A program made the position numbers and the translations under genes. Under the pieces are notes generated by a model, which ran no database searches, was not told the DNA's origin, and was given only the letters and a program-made list of their open reading frames with translations. A DNA stretch of 64,000 nt. Source: the human T2T-CHM13v2.0 reference genome, Homo sapiens. This document shows, one piece after another, positions 1-18,612 of this stretch (positions are counted from its first letter, which is position 1; each line of letters begins with the position of its first letter). The DNA is taken from NCBI RefSeq assembly GCF_009914755.1, contig NC_060929.1. The stretch is one strand, 5' to 3'.

Positions 1-1383
1 TCTACAGATTCAGTGCAATTCCCATCAAAATACCATCATTATTCATCACATAACTAGGAAAAAAAATCCTAAAATTCATATGAAACAAAAAAAAAGAGCC
101 TGAATAGCCAAAGCAAGACTAAGCAAAAAGAACAATTCAGGAGGTATTACATTACCCAACTTCAAACTATACTACAAGGCTATAGTTACCAAATAGCATG
201 GTACTAATATAAAAACAGGCACATAGACCAATGGAACAGAATAGAGAACCCAGAAACAGGGTCAATTACTTACAACCAACTGATCTTCAACAAAGCAAAC
301 AAAAATATAAATTGGGGAAAAAACACCCTATTTAACAAATAGTGCTGGGATAATTGGCAAGCCACACATAGACAAATTAAACTGGATGCTCATCTTTCAC
401 CTTATACAAAAATCAACTCAAGATGGATAAAAAACTTAAATCTAAGATCTGAAGCCATAAAAATTCCAGAGATAACATTGGAAAAACTGATGTTGGCTTA
501 GGCAAAGACTTCATGACCAAGAACACAAAAGCAAATGCAACAAATAAATAAATAAATAGATGGGACCTAATTAAACTAAACAGTTTCTGCACAGCAAAAG
601 AAATAAATAGCAGAGTAAACAGACAACTCAAAGAGTGAGAGAAAACATTCACAAATTATGCATCTGACAAGAGACTAATTTCCAAATCTACAAGGAACTC
701 CAATCAGCAAGAAAAAAGAAATAATACCATCATAAAGTGGTCTGAGGACATGAATAGACAATTCTCAAAAGAAGACATAAAATAGCCAACAAACATATGA
801 AAAGAATTCAACATTATTAATTATCAGGGAAATGCAAATTAAAGCTACAGTGAGATACCACCTCACTCCTGCAAGAATGACCATAATCAAAAAGTAAAAA
901 AATAACAGATATTGTCATGGATTTGGTTAAAAGGGAACACTTTTACACTGCTGGTGAGAATGTAACCTAGCACCACCCCTGTGGAAAACAGAAAGGAGAT
1001 TCCTTAAAGAACTAAAAGTAGAACTACCATTTGATCCAGTAGTCTCACTATTGGGTATCCACCCAAAGGAAAAGAAGTCATTATATTAAAAAGATATTTG
1101 CACACGCAAGTTTATAGCACAATTCGCAATTGCGAAAATACAGAATGAGCCTAAATTCCTGTCAACCAACATGTGGATAAAGAAAATGTGCTACAAATAC
1201 ACCATGGAATACTACTCAGCCATAAAAAGAAATGAAATAATGGCATTTGCAGCAACCTGGAGGGAGTTGGAGACCATTATTCTAAGTGAAGTAACTCAGG
1301 ATTGGAAACCAAATATCATATATTCTAACTTGTAAGTGGGAGCTAAGCTATGAGGATGCAAAAGCATAAGAATGATACAATGG
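1..1383 (+). mobile_element. Old L1 (L1PB/L1MA-like) 3' ORF2 and start of 3' UTR; interrupted by a younger L1
   Basis: Degenerate L1 ORF2 C-terminal sequence followed by gggagctaagctatgaggatgcaaaagcataagaatgatacaatgg; the UTR resumes at about 7075. Confidence 0.85.
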
Positions 1384-4300
1384 GGTAGGTGTTCCAAGAC
1401 AGCTGAATAGAAAGAGCTCCAGTCTGCAGCTCCCAGCGTGATCAATGCAGAAGACAGGTGATTTCTGCATTTCCAACTGAGGTACCTGGTTCATCTCATT
1501 GGGACTGGTTGGACAGTGGGTGCAGCCCATGGAAGGTGAGCTGAAGCAGGGCGGAGCATCACCTCACCTGGGAAGTACAAGGGGTCCGGGGATTTCCCCT
1601 TCCTAGCCAAGGGAAGCCATGACAGACTGTACCTGGAAAAATGGGACATTCCCACCTAAATACTGCACTTTTCCAATGGTCTTAGCAAACGGGAGACCAG
1701 GAGATTCTCTCCCGCACCTGGCTAGGTGGGTCCCATGCCCACAGAGCCTTGCTCTCTGCTAGCACACAGTCTGAGATGGACCTGCCAGGTAGCAGCCTGG
1801 CAGGGGAAGGGGCATCCACCATTGCTGAGGCTTGAGTAGGCAAACAACACAGCTTAGAAGTTTGAACTGGGAGAAGCCCACCACAGCTCAGCAAGGCCTA
1901 CTGCCTCTATTGACTCCACCTCTGAGGGCAGGGCATAGGTGAACGAAAGGCAACAGAAACTTCTACAGACTTAAACTTCCCTGTCTGACAGCTCTGAAGA
2001 AGCAGTGGTTCTCCCAGCATGCTGTTTGAGCTCTGAGAATGGACAGACTGCCTCCTCAAGTGGATCTCTGACCCCCGTGTTGCCTAACTGAGAGACATCT
2101 CTCAGTAGGGGCTGACTGACACCTCATACAGGTGGGTGCCCCTCTGGGATGAAGCTTCCAGAGGAAGGATCAGGCAGGAATATTTGCTGTTCTGCAGCCT
2201 CTGCTGGTGATACCCAGGCAGACAGAGTCTGGAGTGGACCTCCAGCAAACTCCAACAGACATGCAGCTGAGGGACCTGACTGTTAGAAGGAAAACTAACA
2301 AACAGAAAGGAATAGCATCAACATCAACAAAAAGGACATCCACACCAAAACCCCATCTGTAGGTCACCAACATCAAAGACCAAAAGCAGATAAAACCACA
2401 AAGATGGGGAGAAACCAGAGAAGAAAAGCTGAAAATTCTAAAAACTAGAGCGTTTCTTCTCCTCCAAAGGATCACAGCTCATTGCCAGCAACAGAACAAA
2501 GCTGGATGAAAAATGACCTGACAATTTGACAGAAGTAGGCTTCAGAAGGTTGGTAATAACAAAGTTCTCCGAGCTAAAGGAAGATGTTCGAACCCATTGC
2601 AAGGAAGGTAAAAACCTTGAAAAAAAGATTAGATGAATGGCTAACTAGAATAAACAGTGTAGAGATGACCTTAAATGACCTGATGGAAATGAAAACCATG
2701 GCACGAGAACTATGTCATGCATGCACAAGCTTCAGTAGCCAATTTGATCAAGTGGAAGAAAGGATATCAATGATTGAAGATCAAATTAGTGAAATAAAGC
2801 AAGAGGAGAAGTTTAGAGAAAAAAGAGTAAAAAGAAACAAACAAAGCCTCCAAGAAATATGGGAGTACAGGAAAAGACCAAATCTACGTTTGATTGGTGT
2901 ACCTGAAAGTGACAGGGAGAATTGAACCAAATTGGAAAACACTCTTCAGGATATTATCCAGGAGAACTTCCCCAACCTAGCAAGGCAGGCCAACATTCAA
3001 ATTCAGGAAAGACAGAGAACACCACAAAGATACTCCTCGAGAAGAGCAACCCCAAGACACATAATTGTCAGATTCACCAAGGTTGAAATGAGGGAAAAAA
3101 TGTTAAGGGCAGACAGAGAGAAAGTCGGGTTACCCACAAAGGGAAGCCCATTAAACTAACAGCAGATCTCCTGGCAGAAACTCTACAAGCCAGAAGACAG
3201 TGGGAGCCAATATTCAACATTCTTAAAGAAAAGAATTTTCAACCCAGAATTTTATATCCAGCCAAACTAAGCTTCCTAAGTGAAGGAGAAATAAAATCCT
3301 TTACAGATGAGAAAATGCTGAGAGATTTTGTAATCACCATGCCTCCCTTACAAGAGCTCCTGAAGGAAGAATTAAACATGGAAAGGAATAACCAGTACCA
3401 GCCACTGCAAAAACATGCCAGATTGTAAAGACCATCGATACTAGGAAGAAACTGCATCAACTAACGAGCAAAATAATCAGCTAACATCATAATGTCAGGA
3501 TGAAATTCACATATAACAATATTAACTTTAAATGTAAATGGCCTAAATGCCCCAATTAAAAGACACAGACTGGCAAATTGGATAAAGAGTCAAGAGCCAT
3601 CCGTATGCTGTATTTAGGAGACCCATCTCACTGCAGAGACACACATAGGCTCAAAATAAAGGGATGGAGGAAGGTTTACCAAGCAAATGGAAAGCCCAGA
3701 AAAAAAAAAGCAGGGGTTGCAATCCTAGTCTCTGATAAAACAGACTTTAAACCAACAAAGATCAAAAGAGACAAAGAAGGCCATCACATAATGGTAAAGG
3801 GATCAATTCAATAAGAAGAGCTAACTATCCTAAATATATATGCACCCAATACAGGAGCATCTAGATTCATAATGCAAGTTCTTAGAGACCTAAAAAGAGA
3901 CTTAGACTCCCACACAATAATAAGGGGAGACTTTAACACTCCACTCTCAGTATTAGACAGATCAATGAGACAGAAGGTTAACAAGGATATCCAGCACAGG
4001 AACTCAGCTCTGCACCTAATAGACATCTATAGAACTCTCCACCCCAAATCAACAGAATATACATTCTTCTCAGCACCACATCACACTTATTCTAAAAATG
4101 ACCACATAGTTAGAAGTAAAACACTGCTCAGCAAATGTAAAAGAACAGAAATCACAACAACTGTCTCTCAGACCACAGTGCAATACAATTAGAATGCAGG
4201 ATTAAGAAACTCGCTCAAAACTGCACAACTACATGGAAACTGAACAACCTGCTCCTGAATGACTACTGGGTACATAACGAAATGAAGGCAGAAATAACAA

Positions 4301-7074
4301 TGTTCTTTGAAACCAATGAGAACAAAGACACAACGTACCATAATCTCCGGGACACATTTAAAGCAGTGTTTAGAGGGAAATTTATAGCACTAAATGCCCA
4401 CAAGAGAAAGCAGGAAAGATCTAAAATTCACACCCTAACATCACAATTAAAAGAACTGGAGAAGCAAGAGCAAACACATTCAAAAGCTAGCAGAAGGCAA
4501 GAAATAACTAAGATCAGAGCAGAACTGAAGGAGATAGAGACACAAAAAACCCTTCAAAAAATCAATGAATCCAGGAGCTGGTTTTTTGAAAAGATCAACA
4601 AAATTGATAGACCGCTAGCAAGACTAATAAAGAAGAAAATAGAGAAGAATCAAATAGACATAATAAAAAATGATAAAGGGGATATCACCACCGATCCCAC
4701 AGAAATACAAACTACCATCAGAGAATTCTATAAACACTTCTATGCAAATAGACTGAAAAATCTAGAAGAAATGGATGAATTCCTGGAAACATACACCCTC
4801 CCAAGACTAAACCAGGAAGAAGTTGAATCTCTGAATAGACCAATAACAGGCTCTGAAATTGAGGCCATAATCAATAGCCTACCAACCAAAAAAAGTCCAG
4901 GACCAGACGGATTCACTGCTGAAATCTACCAGAGGTACAAAGAGGAGCTGGTACCGTCCCTTCTGGAACTATTACAATCAATAGAAAAAGAGAGAATCCT
5001 CCCTAACACATTTTAGGAGGCCAGCATCACCCTGATACCAAAGCCTGGTAGAGACAAGACAAAAAAAGAGATAATTTTAGACTAATATCCCTGATGAACA
5101 CTGATGCGGAAATCTTCAATAAAGTACTGACAAACCAAATCCAGCAGCACATCAAAAAGCTTATCCACCATGATCAAGTGGGCTTCATCCCTGGGATGCA
5201 AGGCTGGTTCAACATATGCAAATCAATAAACATAATCCATCGAATAAACAGAACCAATGACAAAAACCACATGATTATCTCAATAGATGAAGAAAAGGCC
5301 TTTGACAAAATTCAACAGCCCTTCATGCTAGAAATGCTCAATAAACTAGGTATTTATGGAATGTATATCAAAATAATAAGAACTATTTATGACAAATCCA
5401 CAGCCAATATCATACTGAATGTGCAAAAACTGGAAGCATTCCCTTTGAAAACTGGCACAAGACAGGGATGCCCTCTCTCACCACTCCTATTCAACATAGT
5501 GTTGGAAGTTCTGGCCAGGGCAATCAGGCAAGAGAAAGAAATAAAGGGTATTCGATTAAGAAAAGAGGTATTCAAAATGTTCCTGTTTGCAGATGACATG
5601 ATTGTATATTTAGAAAACCCCATCATCTCAGCCCCAAATCTCCTTAAGCTGATAAGCAACTTCAGCAAAGTCTCAGGATACAAAATCAATGTGCAAAAAT
5701 CACAAGCATTCCTATACACCAATAACAGACAAACAGAGAGCCAAATCATGAGTGAACTCCCATTCACAATTGCTACAAAGAGAATAAAATACCTAGGAAT
5801 CCAACTTACAAGGGATGTGAAGGACCTCTTCAAGGAGAACTACAAACCACTGCTCAATGAAATAAAGGAGGACACAAACAAATGGAAGAACATTCCATGC
5901 TCGTGGATAGGAAGAATTAATATTGTGAAAATGGCCATACTGCCCAAGGTAATTTATAGATTCAATGCCATTCCCATCAAGCTACCAATGACTTTCTTCA
6001 CAGAATTGGAAAAAACTACTTTAAAGTTCATATGGAACCAAAAAAGAGCCCTCAATGCCAAGACAATCCTAAGCCAAAAGAACAAAGCTGGAGGCATCAT
6101 GCTACCTGACTTCAAATTACCCTACAAGGCTACATGGTACTGGAACCAAAACACAGAGATAGACCAATGGAACAAAACAGAGGCCTCAGAAATAACACCA
6201 CACATCTACAACCATCTGGTCTTTGACAATCCTGACAAAAACAAGAAATAGGAAAAAAGATTCCCTATTTAATAAATGGTGCTGGGAAAACTGGCTAGCC
6301 ATATGTAGAAAGCTGAAACTGGATCCATTCCTTACACCTTATACAAAAATTAATTCAAGATGGATTAAAGACTTCAATGTTAGATCTAAGGCCATAAAAA
6401 CCCTAGAAGAAAACCTAGGCAATACCATTCAGGACACAGGCTTGGGCAAGGACTTCACGACTAAAACACCAAAAGCAATGGCAACAAAAGCCAAAATAGA
6501 CAAATGGGATCTAATTAAACTGAAGAGCTTCTGCACAACAAAGGAAAACACCATCAGAGTGAATAGGCAATCTACAGAATGGGAGAAAATTTTGGAAGAC
6601 AAATGCACACATATGTTTATTGTGGCACTATTCACAATAGCAAAGACTTGGAACCAACCCAAATGTCCATCACTGATATACTGGATTAAGAAAATGTGGC
6701 GCATATACACCATGGAATAATATGTAGCCATAAAAAAGGATGAGTTCCTGTCCTTTGTAGGGACATGGATGAAGCTGGAAACCATCATTCTGAGCAAACT
6801 ATCACAAGGACAGAAAATGAAACACTGCATATTCTCACTCATAGGTGGGAACTGAACAATGAAAACACTTGGACACAGGGCGGGGAACATCACACACGGG
6901 GGCCTGTCATAGGGTAGGGGGTCTAGAGGAGGGATAGCATTAGGAGAAATGACTGATGTAAATGGTGAGTTAATGAGTGCAGTAAACCAACATGGCACAT
7001 GTATACCTATGTAACAAACCTGCACGTTGTGCACATGTACCCTAGAACTTAAAGTATAGTAATAATAATAATAA
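1384..7074 (+). mobile_element. Near full-length inactive LINE-1 (L1PA6-like)
   Basis: 5' UTR, ORF1 (ATG 2404 to TAA 3426-3428, broken), ORF2 (ATG 3492, TGA at codon 4; fragments 4282-5016 and 5094-6251 with RT motif FADD), 3' UTR and (AAT)n tail. Imperfect TSD aagaatgatacaatgg 1368-1383 / aagaatgatagagtgg 7075-7090. Confidence 0.95.
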
Positions 7075-7258
7075 AAGAATGATAGAGTGGGGTTTGGGGA
7101 CTTAGGGGGAAGCATGGGAGGGAGGGTGAAGGATGAAATACTACCATTTAATACAGAGTACACTGATCAGGTGATGGTTGCTCCAAAATCTCAGAAATCA
7201 CCACTAAAGAACTTATCCACGTAACCAAAAACCACCTGTTCTGCCAAAACTACTGAAG
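7075..7258 (+). mobile_element. Remainder of the old L1PB/L1MA-like 3' UTR
   Basis: ...aaaatctcagaaatcaccactaaagaacttatccacgtaaccaaaaaccacctgttc... continues the element broken at 1383. Confidence 0.8.
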
Positions 7259-7269
7259 GTAAAAGAAGA

Positions 7270-7852
7270 TACATTAAATATCAGTTGCATTTTTATCACT
7301 AACAATGAACAAACTGGAAAGAAAAATTACAAAAACAATTTCACTTACAATAGCATCAAAAATAATCAAATACATATGAATTAACTTAACCAAAGACGTG
7401 ATTCTTTTGCAAGAAAACTATAAAACTTTGCAGAAATAAATTTGAGAAGACAGAAATAAATACAAATACATCTCTGTTCATGGATTGGAAAATTTAACAT
7501 TGTTAAAATGTCAATACTACCGAAAGTAGCCTACAGATTGTATTCCCTCTCAAAAATCCAAAGACATTTTGTGCAAAAATAGAGAATCCCATACCAAAAT
7601 TCATATGAAATTTTAAGAGACAATGAATTGTCAAAATCACCTTGAACAAAGCTGGAAGAATGACACTTCCTGATTTACAAAACTGCAGCAATCAAAGCAG
7701 TGTGATACTGGCATAAAAACATATATATATATATATTATATGTATATCAATGTAATAGAATAGATAGCCCAGAAATAAACCCTTAAATATATAGTCAAAT
7801 GATTCTTAAAAAGTGTGATAAGACAATTTAATGGAGAAAAGACAGCCTTTTC
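7270..7852 (+). mobile_element. Old L1M (L1MB-like) ORF2 fragment, left part
   Basis: Degenerate ORF2 sequence that resumes seamlessly after the TSD at 10515. Confidence 0.8.
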
Positions 7853-11712
<3,860 letters not shown>

Positions 11713-12220
11713 AGAAAATTGCTGAAAACTGCATTAAAAATAAAACATCTCCTGTACATAATGAGGCAATTTCAAAGTTTCATCAAATTACATCATTCAG
11801 CTCCAAGCACAGGTCTTCTATCACTACCATTTGGTCTAAATGTGGCTTATTGTGTTGGCATATTGCTAGATAGAATAAAATAATTCCTACATAGTCACAA
11901 AACCTTAATAAAAATTTCCAGTTAGAAAAAATATAGAATAGAAAAAGCACACAGTAGTCACTATACAAATAGAAGATGTAATACACTTCTTTACAGTAGT
12001 ACTGACAACTTCTTTTTCTGGAAACAAAGTTTTTTAGAAAGCCAAGATGAATAGAAAAAAATTCTTATAGGCTTAAAAAAATATGAAATGCTTGACAAAA
12101 GAAGCTGAGATTAGGCTTAATAATGAGAAATTCCAATGGAAGATGATAACAGAAATGCACTTCTAAAATATACACCTTGAGTTTAAGGGTTCACTTTAAA
12201 GCATTAAGCCTATATACCAA

Positions 12221-15200
12221 TGTAAAAGTGAAAAAAACCTCAAACTGTTTTTCCTCAGCTCTCAAATCACAACAATCCACACAGGCAAAAGACTTCTGTG
12301 ACCAAATGTGAGGAGTTTCTCCCCACCACCAAGTAAGCAATAAATTCTGCAGTGGAAACAATCTGGGTGCCCTATTCAATTCAATTTTGACACTATTTTC
12401 CTGAAGATAGTGTGTGTATTAGTCCATTTCACACTGCTGATAAACATACCAAAGAGCTGGATGAAAAAGAGGTTTAATTGGACTTACAGTTCCACATGGT
12501 AGCTGGGGAGGCCTCAGAATCATGGCAGGAGGTAAAAGGCACTTCTTACCTGACAGTGGCAAGAGAAAATAAGAGGAATACAGAAGTGGAAACCCCTGAT
12601 AAAACCATCAGATCTTGTGAAATTTGTTCACTACCATGAGAACAGTATGGAGGAAACCACACCCATGATTCAAATTATCTCCCACTGAGTCCCACTCACA
12701 ACATGTGGGAATTATGGGAGTACAATTCAAAATGAGATTTGGGTGGGGACACAGAGCCCAACCATATCATTCCACCCCTGGCCCTTCCAAATTTCATGTC
12801 CTCACATTTCAAAACCAATCATGTCTCCCCAACAGTCCCCCAAAGTTTTAACTCATTTCAGCATGGACCCAAAAGTCCACAGTCCAAAGTCTCATCTGAG
12901 ACAAGGCCCTTCTACCTATGAGCCTGAAAAATCAAAAGCAACCTAGTTACTTCCTAGATACAATGGGAGTACAGGTATTGGGTAAATACAGTTGTTCCAA
13001 AGGGGAAAAATTGGCCAAAACGAAGGGGTTACAGGGCCCATGCAAGTCCAAAATCCAGTGGAGTGGTCAAATTTTAAAGATCCAAAATGATCTCCTTCAA
13101 CTCCAGGTCTTGCATCCACGTCTTGCTGATACAAGAGGTGGGTTCTTATGGTCTTGGGCAGCTCCACCCCTGTGGCTTTGCAGGATATAGGCCCTCTCCT
13201 GGCTGCTTTCATGAGCTGGCATTGATGTCTGCAGCTTTTCAAGGCATACGGTGCAAGCTGTTGGTGGATCTACCATTCTGGGGTCTGGAGGACAGTGGCC
13301 CTCTTCTCACAGCTCCACTAGGTGGTCCCCCAGTAAGGACTCTGTGTAGGGGTTCCGACCCCACATTTCCCTTCTGCATTGCCCTAGCAGAGGTTCTCCC
13401 CGAGGGCCCGCCCCTGCAGCACACTTTTGCCTGGGCATCCAGGCATTTCCATACATCTTCTGAAATCTAGGGAGTTTCCCAAACCTCAGTTCTTGACTTC
13501 TGTGCACTCACAGGCTCAACACCACGTGGAAGCTGCCAAGATGTGGGGCTTCTACCCTCTGAAGCAACAGCCCAAGCTATACCTTGGCCCTTTTTAGTCA
13601 TGGCTGGAGTGGGTGGGATGCAGGGCACCAAGTCACTAGACTGCACACAGCACAGGGACCCTGGGCCAGGCCCAAGAAACCATTTTCTCCTAGGCCTCCA
13701 GGCCTGCGATGGGAGTGGTTTCTGTGAACACCTCTGACATGCCCTGGAGATATTTTCCCCAGTGTCTTGGAGATTAACATTCAGCTCCTCATCTTTTATG
13801 CAACTTTCTACAGCCAGCTTGAATATCTTCTCAGAAAATGGATTTTTCTTTTCTATCACATTATAAGGCTGCCATTTTTTTGAACTTTTGTGTTCTGCTT
13901 CTCTTATAAAACTGAATGCCTTTAACATCACCTAAGTCACCTCTTGAATGCTTTGTGCTTAGAAATTTATCCCACTGGATACCCTACACCATCTCTCTCA
14001 AGTTCAAAGTTCCAAAAATCAATCTCTAGGGCAGGGGCAAAATGTCACCAGTCTCTGCTAAAATATAACAAGAGTCGCCTTTGCTCCAGTTCCCCAAAAG
14101 TTCCTCATCTCCATCTGAGACCACCTCAGCCTGGACCTTATCGTCCATATCACTATCAGCCTTTTGGGCAAAACCATTCAACAAGCCTCTAGGAAGTTCC
14201 AAACTTTCCCACATTTTTCTGTCTTCTTCTGAGCCCCCCAAACTGTTCCAACCTCTGTCTGTTACCCAGCTCAAAGGCCCTTCCACATTTTTGGGCATCT
14301 TTTCAGCAGCACCCACTCCTGGTACCAATTTACTGTATTAGTCATTTTCACACTGCCAATAAAGACATACCTGAGACTGGGAAGAAAAAAAGGTTTAATT
14401 GAACTTACAGTTCCATATGGCTGGGAAGGCATCAGAATCATGACGGGAGGTAAAGGCACTTCTTACGTTGCGATGGCAAGAGAAAATGAGAGGAATGCAA
14501 ATGTGGAAATCCCTGATAAAACCATCAGATCTTGTGAGACTTATTCACTACCACAAGAATAGTATGGGAGAAAGTGCCCCCATGATTCAAATTATCTCCA
14601 ACCGGGTACCTCCTACAACACGTGGGAATTATGGAATACAATTCAAGATGAGATTTGGGTGGGGACACAGAGCCAAACCATATCAGTGTCAAATCCCACA
14701 AGTTTAGAGATCTGTCCCCAAAACTGTCCCTGTTTCAGACACCAGTCACAAGACTGGGCCTCTGGAACTTCTCACCGACAGGCTCCAAATTGGAGTTTCC
14801 ACAACCCCCTTTTGAGTTGATTAGTTTGCTAGAGCAGCTCACAAAACTCAGGAAAACACATTTACCAGTGTATTATAAGGCACATTACAAAAGATATGTA
14901 TAGATGAAGAGACATATAGGGTGAGGCATATGCGAAAGGGCATAGAGCTTCCATGTTCTTCCTGAGCACACCACTCTCCAAGAAACTCCACGTTTCACTA
15001 TCTGAAAGCCCCCTGAACCCTGTCCTTTTGTAATTTTGAGGAAAACTTCATTGGATAGGCATAATTGATAACCATGTCCGAATGTGATTGGACAAAAAGG
15101 GTATAATCTAATCCCAGCAAGGCCTGTCTGTTCAGATTCTTCTGGGTCTTTCTGTGCAGCATTCCCTCCTCTAGGGTATGAGGCAGGACCCTCTCTGGGA

Positions 15201-15417
15201 TGAAGGTCTTATGACCCACTGTCAGAGTATAGTCTTGCCTACTGGGCAAGTGAAAGGAGGTTAGGAGAAGGTCACAGAGAGACAATCTTTTTGCTGTAAC
15301 AAAATATATGGAAGTTATGAGCCAGTAACAATGGTTGAAAGCACACATACATACATATATGTATGTGACTGAGTGTGTGTATGTGTGTGTGTGTAACTAA
15401 AACTATATATTATGACA
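12221..15417 (-). mobile_element. MER21-family solo LTR, split by a THE1 element (LTR pieces about 12221-12414 and 14686-15417)
   Basis: gacttctgtgaccaaatgtg...caattcaattttgacactat...gatag|tgtcaaatcccaca...gctagagcagctcaca resembles the MER21 consensus as I recall it and joins across the THE1 insertion. Confidence 0.7.
12415..14685 (-). mobile_element. Complete THE1 (THE1C-like) MaLR element: LTR 14334-14685, internal 12770-14333, LTR 12415-12769
   Basis: Two roughly 350-bp direct repeats (tgtattagtc...ccatatca) flank about 1.56 kb of THE1-internal sequence; 5-bp TSD gtgtg/gtgtc with one mismatch. Confidence 0.93.
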
Positions 15418-15639
15418 TTGTTGAGGACCTATTCAAGATAGGGCACAGATCAGGCAAAAACTTCAAGGAAAGAAATGCAAAGAGACATGGTGGCATGGCC
15501 TGCAGAACGAGGCCTCATGAACTACAAGCAAAATATGCATACCTTGAAAGTTATAGACTCAAGTTGAAGTAAAATGAATATATATGAAAGTACACTTATA
15601 CCCGGTTTGATTCACTAAAGCAGAGAAAATAGGAATATA

Positions 15640-15998
15640 CAGATAGTCCTCAACTTACCATGGGATTATATCTTGAAAAACCCATCATAATTTGAAAATA
15701 CTGTAAATCAAAAATGCATTTACTGCTCCTGACCTATCAAACATTACAGCCAAGCGTAGGCCGCCTTAAATGTGCTCAAAGCACTTACATTCACCTCCAG
15801 TTGGGAATAGTCATCTAACACAGGCCTATTTTGTAATAAAGTATTGAATATTTTATGTAATTTATTGAATACTACACTGAACATGAAAAACAGAATTGTG
15901 GTACTTACAGTATGGTTTGTACTGAATGCATATCACTTTCACACCATGGTAAAGTCAAAAAATTTTAAGTCAAACTATCGATAGTCAGGAACTGTCTA
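15640..15998. mobile_element. MER47A-like Tigger DNA transposon fossil
   Basis: Imperfect TIRs cagatagtcctcaacttaccatgg / ctatcgatagtcaggaactgtcta with TA on both sides; about 360 bp. Confidence 0.75.
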
Positions 15999-17006
15999 TA
16001 CTTTGAATCAAACAGAGTGACCATGTTAGCAGGAAGCAGCCTGGGTAAATTTTGAAAGAGAGCTTATAAAACTTAGAATGCTATTCTGATCTCTCCCTTA
16101 AAGGAACTTCCTGCAAGTAATCAACTGAAACTCAACGCAGGGAATCAGTAATATAATAAGAAATGCAGGAAACAGCAGTAAAATGTACTAATAGAACAAA
16201 TGAAAAACACGTTAGTTTAAGAAATAGGATATTAAAACAATTGCCTCTTTAAGAGGACTAAAAATAATAAATATAATAACTAAGAGGAGCAATTATAAGA
16301 TATCAAGAGAAGATGGAATGATAGAACTGAGAGAATTTAGGGGGAAAACAAAACCATCACAGAAAAGGAAAAAAGATGAACATGGAGGAAGCAAAGGTAA
16401 GAATAGTCGTCTAGAAATCAACCTGATAATCAAATGGAAGAAATCAAAAAGTGAGCAACTGAATCAGAAATAAAGTGAAAAAGAATTAGATATAAAATAA
16501 TAGAATACACAGGCAAATGATGTAGAATTTGCATAATAGGAGTTAGCAAAAACAAAGAAAACAAATGTTGAATATTTCAATAATTGAACATTTTCAAAAA
16601 ATAAATCTTATATTTGTGTGTATGGGCATTGTGTATAGCTAAATCAAGAAATAGAGAAATACAAACAATCCTAAAGTTTTTCTCAAGGTGCAATGGACTG
16701 AATGCCCCAATTCATAGATGAGTATTGTGACTATAGGTTTACAAAACAGTAAGTATATGATCTTTCCCTGCATGTTTATTATCATATGAGTAATTTCTCC
16801 ATTTGTCAAAGTTTTTAAGTATTATTTGAACACAAGGAAAAAAGATTGCAGAGAAATCTTTCCTTCTCAAAATATAATACTTCTATAGAAAAAGACAAAA
16901 ATACTTTTAAAAAAGATTGAATTGATAGCTTTAAGATATTTATATTTCCTTACATTTGGGTAAATAGTTTTATTCTTAAGCTATTTAGATTATAATATAT
17001 GTAATA

Positions 17007-18471
<1,465 letters not shown>

Positions 18472-18612
18472 TATAAGGAGGTATACCAAAACTTTACCTT
18501 TTTATAAATCCAATATTCTACTTTGGATGAATAACAGAACAATACCTATTAGAAAAATGTATGCTGTGCTAACACATAATTGAAAACATAACTGAATTTT
18601 GATTTGAACAAA

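Noticed and set aside
2404-6720. Long ORFs (244, 385 and 165 aa) as an active reverse transcriptase gene
   Set aside because: They are fragments of L1 ORF1/ORF2 with a stop at ORF2 codon 4, further stops and frameshifts, and a C-terminal deletion.
12666-12677. DUX4 site in the THE1 LTRs (tgattcaaatta; also near 14583)
   Set aside because: It is one base longer than the 11-bp TAAYBBAATCA spacing, so it is not a clean match.
12739-14903. Dense cluster of overlapping ORFs
   Set aside because: These are chance ORFs in the GC-richer THE1 internal region and LTRs; no coherent protein.
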